Shown here: in pieces, positions 28,399 to 36,513 of the stretch
How positions within the stretch are numbered: the first letter of the stretch is position 1
How the letters are laid out: each line of letters opens with the position of its first letter
Source of the DNA: Candidatus Parcubacteria bacterium
Lineage (GTDB): Bacteria > Patescibacteriota > Minisyncoccia > Minisyncoccales > JAGMDC01
Reading direction: 5' to 3'
DNA length: 64,000 bases
NCBI GenBank assembly: GCA_023128895.1
Contig: JAGMDC010000003.1
Coordinates: 2,254 to 66,253, forward strand
Made by a program: the position numbers and the translations under genes
The notes under the pieces: model-generated
Told to the model about the DNA's origin: nothing
Seen by the model: only the letters and a program-made list of their open reading frames with translations
The model's database searches: none

Positions 28399-29417
28399 AA
28401 TTCAATTTTTGAGCGCTGATTAGACCATTTGACTAACTCCTTCATTTCCACAAAACGCGCTTCCTGCGTTATGGCCCCTAAAATGACATTTACAATATAA
28501 TCCCCTTTCCTATTTTTATTAACCAATAAAACACATCCTTTTGCTTCGTCAGTATATCCTGTTTTGCCTCCGACAATATTTGGAATCTGCGCGAGCCACT
28601 CGTCGTCGTTATGGCAAATTTCATAATTCGGGTCTAAAAGTTTATTTTTATTTTTAACAAAATGGTGCAATTGTCCAGAACCATTGCCTGCCTTAAAAGA
28701 CATTTTTTTGGAAATTTCAAAAATTTCTGGATAGCGCTGAAGAATAATTTTGCTTAATTTTGCCAAATCTTTGGCGCAAGAAACATTTTTTGGTTCTTCT
28801 AAATTTTCCGGGTCAAGACCAGTGGAATTTACAAAAAAAGTATGAGCAAGCAGTAAATTCTTTTCTGCTTCCAAATTCATCAGACCAACAAACGGTTCTG
28901 TTTGCTCCCCCATCACCTCGCTCAAAGCGTATGCCGCGTCATTGCTGGATTCTATAAGTATAAAATGCAAGAGATTTTCAATAGAAATTTTTTCTCCCCA
29001 TCTTAACTGGCCAAAATTTTCTTCTTGGCTTACTGCTTTTTTGGATATTGCAACCGGTTTGGAAAAATCATAATATTCAGGATATTTAAAAACCATATAC
29101 GCTACCATTAATTTAGTCAAAGAAGCAATAGGTAAAATCTGTTCGCTGTTTTGCTCAGAAAGAACCTCTGAATTTCCCTGCTCGTCTATTTTGATTGAAA
29201 TATATGATTTTGCTTTAATATTCGGCTCTGAAAGTTCAGATATTAATTCCTGCTTATGCTGCTTAATAGAATTTTCAAAAACAGCATTTTGCTGTTCTAT
29301 AGGAGCGGAAATTTGGGCAAAAAAATAATTCTCTAAATTTTCTTCCAAAACATTGGCGCCATAGAAAAAGAATAAACTAACTATTACTGAAACAAAAAAG
29401 ATTTTTATTAATTTCAT
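28395..29417 (-). CDS. D-alanyl-D-alanine carboxypeptidase (S11 penicillin-binding protein)
   Basis: SxxK (ASLTKLM), SxN (ESSND) and KTG (GGKTGYT) motifs. 4-bp overlap with mraY. Confidence 0.8.
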   Translation of the reverse strand: MKLIKIFFVSVIVSLFFFYGANVLEENLENYFFAQISAPIEQQNAVFENSIKQHKQELISELSEPNIKAKSYISIKIDEQGNSEVLSEQNSEQILPIASLTKLMVAYMVFKYPEYYDFSKPVAISKKAVSQEENFGQLRWGEKISIENLLHFILIESSNDAAYALSEVMGEQTEPFVGLMNLEAEKNLLLAHTFFVNSTGLDPENLEEPKNVSCAKDLAKLSKIILQRYPEIFEISKKMSFKAGNGSGQLHHFVKNKNKLLDPNYEICHNDDEWLAQIPNIVGGKTGYTDEAKGCVLLVNKNRKGDYIVNVILGAITQEARFVEMKELVKWSNQRSKIEL

Positions 29418-29495
29418 AATTAGGAGCGAGGAATAAATGTAAAAATGAGTTTTTACATTTATTCCGAGCGAGTAATTATGCGGCTTTGCCGCAAT
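29418..29495 (-). repeat. family-A element, copy A5, abutting the ATG of the carboxypeptidase gene
   Basis: On the minus strand: attgcggcaaagccgcataattactcgctcgg-aataaatgtaaaaactcatttttacatttatt-cctcgctcctaatt-ATG. Confidence 0.85.
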
Positions 29496-29500
29496 ATTTG

Positions 29501-30886
29501 TTACTTCGCAATTTTAATATGTAGCTCTTTTAATTGCTCCTGCGTCACTTCGCTTGGAACACCCATCATTAAATCACGATTGTCTCCTGTTTTTGGAAAA
29601 GCAATAACTTCTCTAATATTCGGTTCATTCAGAACCACTGATAAAAATCTGTCTATGCCAGGCGCGATTCCTCCATGAGGCGGCACGCCGTAGCTAAACG
29701 CTTCAAAATAATTTTTAAAATTCTTTTTAATATCTTCTTTCTTATGGCCCAAAACCTCAAAAACAGCGGTAAGAATATCTAAATCTATTGTTCTTAAACT
29801 TCCTCCTCCTATTTCATATCCATTTAGTACAAAATCATATTGATAAGCCAAAATGTCTTTTGGACTTTTCTTTATTTCTTTAATATCCCGCGTTTGCGGC
29901 ATTGTGAAAGGGTGATGCATTGCTCCCCATTTTTTATCTCCTTTCTTGTATTCAAACATTGGAAAATCAGTGATAAAAGCAAAAGCTAGTTCATTCGGAT
30001 CTTTTTTATTTTTCCTTAAATCCGGCTTATCACTCTTATATTTGCCCATCGCTTCTTTGTAAGTCATACGGAAAAAAGGCGTTTTAGCAATTTTTTTGTC
30101 TGGAAATATTTTTTTAACTAAATTTGTATAAAGTTCTTCTGTTAAATTTAAAATTTCTTCTTGGGATGTAAAACTCATCTCAACATCCAATTGCGTATGT
30201 TCCGCTTGTCTGTCCCCGCGAGGATCTTCGTCGCGCAAACATCTTGCTATCTGGAAATATTTTTCGATTCCAGCCACCATTAAAAATTGCTTATACTGCT
30301 GAGGGCTTTGCGGCAGGGCAAAAAACTGCCCTGACCCAGTCCGCGAAGGAACCAAAAAGTCCCTGGCTCCTTCTGGAGTGGATTTAGTTAAAATAGGCGT
30401 TTCTATTTCAGTAAATTCCTGCTTTATTAAAAAATCCCGCATAAAGTGAATAACTTTCTGGCGGATTCTTAGGTTGTTTGCCATACGTCCGCGCCTTAGA
30501 TCAAGATAACGATGTTTTAACCGCTTTTCTTCGTTTATTTCAAACCCGGAAGTATCAATAGCAAAAGGTAATGTTTTGGCTTCTGATAAAATTTTGAGAT
30601 TTTCCGCCTTAATTTCTACTTTTCCAGTTTCAAGTTTTGGGTTTATCATACCTTTGGGCCTTTTCTTGACTTCTCCTGTTATTTCAATAACCCATTCCGG
30701 CCTTAATTTTTCTGACAAACCACAGGGCTCGCATTTTGAAGTAAAAACAATTTGAGACAAACCGGTTCTGTCGCGAAGGTCAATAAAAATAATCTTTCCA
30801 TGGTCTCTTCTGGAATTCACCCAACCGCAAAGTTTCACAGATTTTCCTATATGTTTGTTAAGTTCTTTGTTTAATACTCGTTTCAT
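29501..30886 (-). CDS. aspS: aspartyl-tRNA synthetase, bacterial-type sequence but lacking the GAD insertion domain
   Basis: FFALPQSPQQYKQ, motif 2 CLRDEDPRGDRQAEHTQLD and motif 3 GIAPGIDR. Only 461 aa: SDKPDLR is followed almost directly by FITDFPMFE. Confidence 0.9.
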   Translation of the reverse strand: MKRVLNKELNKHIGKSVKLCGWVNSRRDHGKIIFIDLRDRTGLSQIVFTSKCEPCGLSEKLRPEWVIEITGEVKKRPKGMINPKLETGKVEIKAENLKILSEAKTLPFAIDTSGFEINEEKRLKHRYLDLRRGRMANNLRIRQKVIHFMRDFLIKQEFTEIETPILTKSTPEGARDFLVPSRTGSGQFFALPQSPQQYKQFLMVAGIEKYFQIARCLRDEDPRGDRQAEHTQLDVEMSFTSQEEILNLTEELYTNLVKKIFPDKKIAKTPFFRMTYKEAMGKYKSDKPDLRKNKKDPNELAFAFITDFPMFEYKKGDKKWGAMHHPFTMPQTRDIKEIKKSPKDILAYQYDFVLNGYEIGGGSLRTIDLDILTAVFEVLGHKKEDIKKNFKNYFEAFSYGVPPHGGIAPGIDRFLSVVLNEPNIREVIAFPKTGDNRDLMMGVPSEVTQEQLKELHIKIAK

Positions 30887-30956
30887 ATAAAAAAAACATT
30901 ATGATATGAATTATCATATCAGACTTTGTTAAAAAACAAACCCCATCAAGCGATTT

Positions 30957-31325
30957 CTATGATGTTGGATATTGCGGGGTTTTGTCTGATTCAGATGTTT
31001 CTCCTTCTGCACTTTCTTCAGGCAGTTTTGGCTCTGTTGATTCAACAGACGGCGTTTCTTCTGGAAACGGCTTTGGTTCTGCCGGCTGTTCTACTGGTTC
31101 TACCGGCTGTTCTACTGGTTCTACTGGCTCTACTGGCTCAGCCGCTGGCTCTTCTCCTAATGGCTCTGCTGGCGCAGGTTCTTGCTCCGCAGGACCAGGT
31201 TCTGTCGGCGTTTCTGTAAAAGACACTGTTTCTTTTCCAGCTTCTTTTTTGCTAAAAAGATAATAACCCGCGCCTCCTATCACCGCTGCTGTGACGATTA
31301 AAAGTATCCAAGTTATTGTAAGCAT
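30957..31325 (-). CDS. membrane-anchored Pro/Glu-rich repeat protein
   Basis: N-terminal TM helix followed by PVEPVEQ/PAEP repeats. All overlapping plus-strand ORFs are repeat artefacts. Confidence 0.5.
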   Translation of the reverse strand: MLTITWILLIVTAAVIGGAGYYLFSKKEAGKETVSFTETPTEPGPAEQEPAPAEPLGEEPAAEPVEPVEPVEQPVEPVEQPAEPKPFPEETPSVESTEPKLPEESAEGETSESDKTPQYPTS

Positions 31326-31380
31326 AATATTAATATATGTATAATATTGCGACCTTTATTTTTGTTTTACAATTTTATTA

Positions 31381-31584
31381 TTGCGGCAGAGCCGCATAAT
31401 TACTCGCTTCGCTATCAATTATTGCGGCTTCGCCGCATAATTACTCGCTTCGCTATCAATTATTGCGGCTTCGCCGCATAATTACTCGCTTCGCTATCAA
31501 TTATTGCGGCTTCGCCGCATAATTACTCGCTCGGTTTAAATACAAAAATGAATTTTTGTATTTTTCCCCTCACTCGCAATTATA
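31381..31584 (+). repeat. family-A element, copy A6, with its first module amplified to four tandem 41-bp units; no downstream gene
   Basis: attgcggc occurs at 31381, 31422, 31463 and 31504 (period 41 bp). It is followed by ctcggtttaaatacaaaaatgaatttttgtatttttcccctcactcgcaattATA, where ATG is degenerate. Confidence 0.85.
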
Positions 31585-31626
31585 GCAATTCCTAACAAAA
31601 ATTACCAGTACAGTTATTCTACACTC

Positions 31627-32919
31627 TCAGAAATCTGAAACTATATTGTAAATGCTCCCAGCGCCCATTATTACAACAATGTCATTTATATCGATTTTTT
31701 CCTTCAAAAATTCGGGAATTTTTTGGAAATCCTGTATAAAATGAACTTTGTTCCCTCTTTTTCCCACTGCTTTTGCTAATTTTTCTCCATTTACTTTTTG
31801 AGCGATTCCCTCATCTCCCCTGCCCGCGACATCATAAATTTCAGTCAAAACAATTTCGTCTGCCTCATCAAACGCCTTTACAAAATCATCAAACAAGTAA
31901 AATGTCCTTTGATGCTGATGCGGCTGGAATACAACCCAAATTTTGTTTTCAGGAAATTTTTCTCTAACGCCGGATATACAGGCCTTAACTTCTGTGGGAT
32001 GATGCGCGTAATCGCTTATCAGGATAAAAGGTTTCGGACTATTAATTTTAGTAATATCGCAGCGGCGCCAGCACCCGGTATATTCTGACAGCGCAAGGAA
32101 ACTTATTTCATCTGGAATTTTTAATGTTCTTGCGACTGCAAGCGCTGCCAGCGCGTTATAAACATTATATTCCCCCTTCACCTGTAAAATTTCCTTCAAT
32201 CTCCTTGCTTCTTCTTGTTCAATTGAAAACTTTTTGATTTTGTGTTTTGTATTTAATATCCGAAGGATATTATTGTCGTCCCCATTAACAATTAAAACTC
32301 CATCTTCCGGCAATTTATTAACAAACTTCTCAAACGCTTTAATAATATTTTCCAAATTTTTATAATAATCAAGATGGTCTGCTTCTATATTGTTTGCAAC
32401 AATAATATCAGGAGAATAATTCAAAAATGATTCTTCGTGTTCGCACGCTTCTATAAGCAAGTATTTTGACTTGCCAGCGCGAAAATTACTGTTTCCAAAT
32501 TCTTTAAGTTTTGTGCCAACAATCACTGTCGGATCTAATCCTGCTTTGATTAAAAGCAAAGCCAGCATTGATGTGGTAGAACTTTTGCCATGCGTGCCGG
32601 ATACAGCAATTGTAAAATGCTCTTTTGTTAAATTTCCAAGCGCTTGCGGGTATGACAAGCATTTAATTCCTAATTTTTTTGCCTGCGCAAACTCTGGATT
32701 ATCTTCCTGGACAGCGGGGCTGTAAATTACTAAATCAATATTTTCTACAATGTTTTTCGCTTCCTGCCCAATGAAAATTTTTGCTCCTTGCTTTTCAAGC
32801 ATTTCAGTAATCTCCGAACCACTCAAATCAGAACCAAAAACCTGGTCTCCTTTTTTAAGATAATACTGGGCAAGCGCACTCACGCCTATCCCGCCAATAC
32901 CAATAAAATAAATGGTCAT
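31627..32919 (-). CDS. murC: UDP-N-acetylmuramate--L-alanine ligase
   Basis: IGIGGIGVSALA and GTHGKSSTT. Confidence 0.9.
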   Translation of the reverse strand: MTIYFIGIGGIGVSALAQYYLKKGDQVFGSDLSGSEITEMLEKQGAKIFIGQEAKNIVENIDLVIYSPAVQEDNPEFAQAKKLGIKCLSYPQALGNLTKEHFTIAVSGTHGKSSTTSMLALLLIKAGLDPTVIVGTKLKEFGNSNFRAGKSKYLLIEACEHEESFLNYSPDIIVANNIEADHLDYYKNLENIIKAFEKFVNKLPEDGVLIVNGDDNNILRILNTKHKIKKFSIEQEEARRLKEILQVKGEYNVYNALAALAVARTLKIPDEISFLALSEYTGCWRRCDITKINSPKPFILISDYAHHPTEVKACISGVREKFPENKIWVVFQPHQHQRTFYLFDDFVKAFDEADEIVLTEIYDVAGRGDEGIAQKVNGEKLAKAVGKRGNKVHFIQDFQKIPEFLKEKIDINDIVVIMGAGSIYNIVSDF

Positions 32920-33464
32920 AATGGAAATGATTGTAAAATTGTATATTCCGCGCCAGAGCGTTTGAGACGGCTTTCCATTATGTCAATCGTCTTGACTTCA
33001 AACTCTAAAGAAATGTCTTTTTCTATTGCCGGCCTTTCTTCCGGTTCAATGCGGCGCCATTGCCATTCTTTAATTCTTCCTAAAGTAATATGTGGAACAA
33101 AATCGCGAACATTCTTTTTACCTAACAACTCCCGCTCTAATTCTTTATTTATTTCTGATAATTCTTTGTTCAGCGCGCCCAAAGCCCAAATCATTCGCGG
33201 AGGCATTATATCAGGAGGCCCGTAACTAATTTTATCCAAGTTTACTGAAAACGCAATATGTTTTTCAGCAATATCTTTCACGATTTCGCAAATTCTTGAA
33301 ATCTGTTCTTCCTCAATATAACCCAAAAAACACAAAGTAATATGGAGATTATCTTGTTTCGCCAATTTCACAGGCAAATCGCGAGGAATTTCCTTTTGTT
33401 CGTCTAATAACGCTTGTCTCACATCCTCTGGCAAATTTACAGCAATAAATATCCTATGTTTCAT
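32916..33464 (-). CDS. thpR: RNA 2',3'-cyclic phosphodiesterase / 2'-5' RNA ligase family
   Basis: Two HxTx motifs (LHITLCFLG and PHITLGRI). 4-bp overlap with murC. Confidence 0.8.
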   Translation of the reverse strand: MKHRIFIAVNLPEDVRQALLDEQKEIPRDLPVKLAKQDNLHITLCFLGYIEEEQISRICEIVKDIAEKHIAFSVNLDKISYGPPDIMPPRMIWALGALNKELSEINKELERELLGKKNVRDFVPHITLGRIKEWQWRRIEPEERPAIEKDISLEFEVKTIDIMESRLKRSGAEYTILQSFPL

Positions 33465-33548
33465 TACCTTAGTTTAACACGACATTGACTTTATTTCAAT
33501 AATTTTATAACTTAAAATAAGTTCTTAATAACAGAAAAAAAGATAAAG

Positions 33549-34460
33549 ATGATGGAACCTAAAAAATCAGATTTTGGAAAACAAGAGATTAAAAAATGTC
33601 CAGAGTGCGGATGCAGATATCTAATAACCAGCGATAAGGAAATTTACTGTTCTGGCTGTGGATTAGTGATTGCGGAAAATATAATTGACCTTGGCCCTGA
33701 ATGGCGGGCTTATGATGCTGAACAACACCAGTCAAAAACAAGAACCGGCCCTTCAATGAACTGGCGATATTATGATAAAGGATTGTCAACAGCCACGCCG
33801 CTTGCAAATAAAATACCAAACATCCGACAACCGCGCATTTCAGTCCAAGCAGTGTCAAAAGAAAAAACTTTAGCATTTACTCTTTCGGAAATGCACAGAA
33901 TATGCTCAGCGCTTCAATTACCAGATATAACAAAAGAAGAAGCAGCGAAATTATGCCATAATACGCGGAAAAAAAATCTATTTAGAGGTAGAAGAACAGA
34001 AGCAATAGCAGCGGCAATTGTTTATATCGTCTGCAAAGAACAAAAAATATCCAGAACGCTTTCAGAAATAGAAAAAGTATCAAGGGTGAAACAAAAAGAA
34101 ATCAGAAGAACTTATATATTCTTGCAAAAAGAGCTCAAATTAAAAACCAGACAAATTTCCAGCGCTGAATTAATACCGCGCTACTGCTCTAAACTCGGCT
34201 TGAACAGTCAAATAGAAAAATCGGCAAGAGAAATAATTAACAAAGCAGAAGAACAAAACTTAACCGATGGTAAACGGCAAGCAGGAGTCGCTGCCGCAGC
34301 AATTTATATCGCATGCTTTTTGGAGAGTACACATCGCACGCAAAAAGATATATCTCGGGTTGCAGGAATAACAACGCAGACACTCAGCACAAGATACAAC
34401 GAAATATCAAAAAAATTACAAATTAGAGATATGTATTTAATTCTGGACAAAAAAATATGA
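33549..34460 (+). CDS. TFB/TFIIB-family transcription initiation factor homolog
   Basis: N-terminal zinc ribbon CPECGCRYLITSDKEIYCSGCG. B-reader/linker signature IDLGPEWRAYD ... YDKGLST. Two cyclin-like repeats follow. Length is 303 aa. Confidence 0.8.
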   Translation: MMEPKKSDFGKQEIKKCPECGCRYLITSDKEIYCSGCGLVIAENIIDLGPEWRAYDAEQHQSKTRTGPSMNWRYYDKGLSTATPLANKIPNIRQPRISVQAVSKEKTLAFTLSEMHRICSALQLPDITKEEAAKLCHNTRKKNLFRGRRTEAIAAAIVYIVCKEQKISRTLSEIEKVSRVKQKEIRRTYIFLQKELKLKTRQISSAELIPRYCSKLGLNSQIEKSAREIINKAEEQNLTDGKRQAGVAAAAIYIACFLESTHRTQKDISRVAGITTQTLSTRYNEISKKLQIRDMYLILDKKI

Positions 34461-34495
34461 AAAATATCCGCTCGCGCGGATTCATTTTTTTTACC

Positions 34496-35620
34496 CTAAC
34501 AAATTATTCCACCTCCCAAGAGGTTTTCGCGAATATAAAAAACAACGGACTGGCCAAAAGTTATCGCGCGCTGGGGCTTATTAAACACTATTTTGTAATT
34601 TTTACCTTTGCTTTGATATTTCAAAATAGCAGAGGCGGGTTCGTGATGATAGCGAATTTTCGCTTTTACCCTCAAAGGCATTTTTGGTTTGTTTCCAGAA
34701 ATCCAATTAACATTTTCAGCTACAAGTTCTTTTTTATCTAATTCTTTTTCCTTTTTCGTAACGAATAAAATATTTTTCTTTATATCTTTTCCTGAAACAT
34801 AATAGGGACCGCCTGGCAAGCCAATGGATTTTCTTTGCCCAATTGTGTAAAAACACAAACCCTGATGCTCGCCGATAATTTCATTTTTTTGGTTCAAAAT
34901 TTTTCCCGGTTTTGATTTGATATATTTTTTTAAAAAAGCATTAACATCTTTGCCGATAAAACAAATATCCTGGGACTCTTTTCTTGTAAATCGCGAAATG
35001 CCAATTTTTTCAGCGATTTTCCCCGCTTCTTTTTTAGTATAATTTCCTAAAGGAAACAAAATTTTCTCTAATTCTTTTTGTTCTAACATCCATAAAAAAT
35101 AGGACTGGTCCTTGCTTCTGTCCTTTGCTTTCAACAATTGATATTCGTTACTCTGTGCTTTTTGTCGCAGGCGGGCCTGCCCGCAATGCTTCGCGTAGCG
35201 TTGCAGGCGAGCCTGCCCGCAATGCTTCGCGTAGCGTTGCAGGCGTGCGTAATGTCCGGTTGCGACGAAGTCAAAATCAATTTTTAATTTTTTAAGTTTT
35301 TTCACCAATAAATCAATCTTAATTTCTTTATTGCAGATAACGCAGGGATTAGGGGTTGTCCCCTGCTTAATTTCTTTGATAAACCTGTCAATAATTTTCT
35401 TTTTGAATTCTTTTTTAACATCTAAGACCAAAAATGGAACATTTAATTTTTTACAAATTTTTTCTGCGCGGATTTTTGCTTTTTGGAATTCCTTTGAATC
35501 AAACAAATCCAAAAAAACACCAACAACATTATATCCCTTTTGCTTTAACAAAAAACACGCAACACCAGAATCTTTTCCTCCTGACATTGCGCAAATAATT
35601 ATTTGATTTTCGCTTCTCAT
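34496..35620 (-). CDS. mnmA: tRNA-specific 2-thiouridylase
   Basis: PP-loop CAMSGGKDS, ATGHYAR and KDQSYFL. Contains an in-frame tandem repeat ARLQRYAKHCGQ x2. Confidence 0.9.
   Translation of the reverse strand: MRSENQIIICAMSGGKDSGVACFLLKQKGYNVVGVFLDLFDSKEFQKAKIRAEKICKKLNVPFLVLDVKKEFKKKIIDRFIKEIKQGTTPNPCVICNKEIKIDLLVKKLKKLKIDFDFVATGHYARLQRYAKHCGQARLQRYAKHCGQARLRQKAQSNEYQLLKAKDRSKDQSYFLWMLEQKELEKILFPLGNYTKKEAGKIAEKIGISRFTRKESQDICFIGKDVNAFLKKYIKSKPGKILNQKNEIIGEHQGLCFYTIGQRKSIGLPGGPYYVSGKDIKKNILFVTKKEKELDKKELVAENVNWISGNKPKMPLRVKAKIRYHHEPASAILKYQSKGKNYKIVFNKPQRAITFGQSVVFYIRENLLGGGIIC
35175..35246. repeat. two tandem family-C 36-bp GC-rich palindromes inside the mnmA coding sequence, in frame
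   Basis: gcctgcccgcaatgcttcgcgtagcgttgcaggcg(a/t) occurs twice. Its reverse complement is closely similar to 22280..22315. Confidence 0.85.
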
Positions 35621-35643
35621 TGAATAATTGTATAATTCTTAAA

Positions 35644-36405
35644 TCACAATTCTTTCACTATTTTCGCGAATTCATTGGGATCCAAAGACGCGCTGCCGAC
35701 TAATACGCCTTGAAATCCAGCATCTTTGACAAAACTCGCTACATTCGCGCTGTTAACGCTCCCTCCATAAAGTATTTGAATTTTTTTAGCGGTTGGCTGT
35801 GAATATTTTTGCGCAATAATTTTTTGTATAAGCAGGCGCGCAACGCACGCTTCGTCAGAAGAGCAGGCCTTTCCCGTGCCAATTGCCCATCTTGGCTCAT
35901 AAGCAAAAACTATTTTCCCAATTTCTTTTTTAGAAACTTTTTTCAGCGCGTTTTCTATCTGAGACCTTAACACAATGGAAATTTTTCCTTTTTCTTTGTC
36001 TTCTTTTGTCTCGCCTATGCACAAAATCGGGATTAAACCAAAAGACAAAATCGCTTGAACTTTTCTGTTTATCATTTGGTTTGTTTCATTAAGGAACTTC
36101 CGCCTCTCGGAATGCCCGACAATAATATACTTGCATCCTAAATTTTTTAACATTATTGGCGAAACCTCGCCAGTATACGAACCCTTACCTTCCCAAAAAC
36201 AATTCTGGGCTCCTAATCTTATTCGCGTTTTCTTTCTTCTTAATAACAATTCAGATAATTTAGGAAGATAAATAAACGAAGGGCAAACCACTATTTCCGC
36301 TTTTCTGATTTTTCGCAATCCTTTATTCAATAACTTAAAAAGCTCTTCAGCTGATTTTGCTGTTAATAAATTGCATTTCCAATTTGCGATAATCAATGTC
36401 TTCAT
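35644..36405 (-). CDS. tpiA: triosephosphate isomerase
   Basis: IIANWKCN, VGHSERR and YEPRWAIGTG. Confidence 0.9.
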   Translation of the reverse strand: MKTLIIANWKCNLLTAKSAEELFKLLNKGLRKIRKAEIVVCPSFIYLPKLSELLLRRKKTRIRLGAQNCFWEGKGSYTGEVSPIMLKNLGCKYIIVGHSERRKFLNETNQMINRKVQAILSFGLIPILCIGETKEDKEKGKISIVLRSQIENALKKVSKKEIGKIVFAYEPRWAIGTGKACSSDEACVARLLIQKIIAQKYSQPTAKKIQILYGGSVNSANVASFVKDAGFQGVLVGSASLDPNEFAKIVKEL

Positions 36406-36506
36406 AATTATGAGTGAGGGAAAAATACAAAAATGAATTTTTGTATTTTAACCGAGCGAGTAATTATGCGGCTTTGCCGCAATAATTATGCGGCTTTGCC
36501 GCAATG
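36406..36506 (-). repeat. family-A element, copy A7, abutting the tpiA ATG, with its first hairpin module duplicated
   Basis: On the minus strand: attgcggcaaagccgcataatt x2, then actcgctcgg-ttaaaatacaaaaattcatttttgtattttt-ccctcactcataatt-ATG. Confidence 0.85.
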
Positions 36507-36513
36507 TTTACAA

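Noticed and set aside
30926-31263. Plus-strand ORFs (97 aa and 93 aa) overlapping the Pro/Glu-rich repeat gene.
   Set aside because: They are repeat-driven open frames. The minus-strand frame is the more plausible one, having a TM anchor followed by an acidic repeat region.
31381-31544. A regular 41-bp repeat array that at first glance looks like a CRISPR array.
   Set aside because: The units abut one another with no unique spacers. The repeat is a module of the dispersed family-A element. No cas genes are present in the window.
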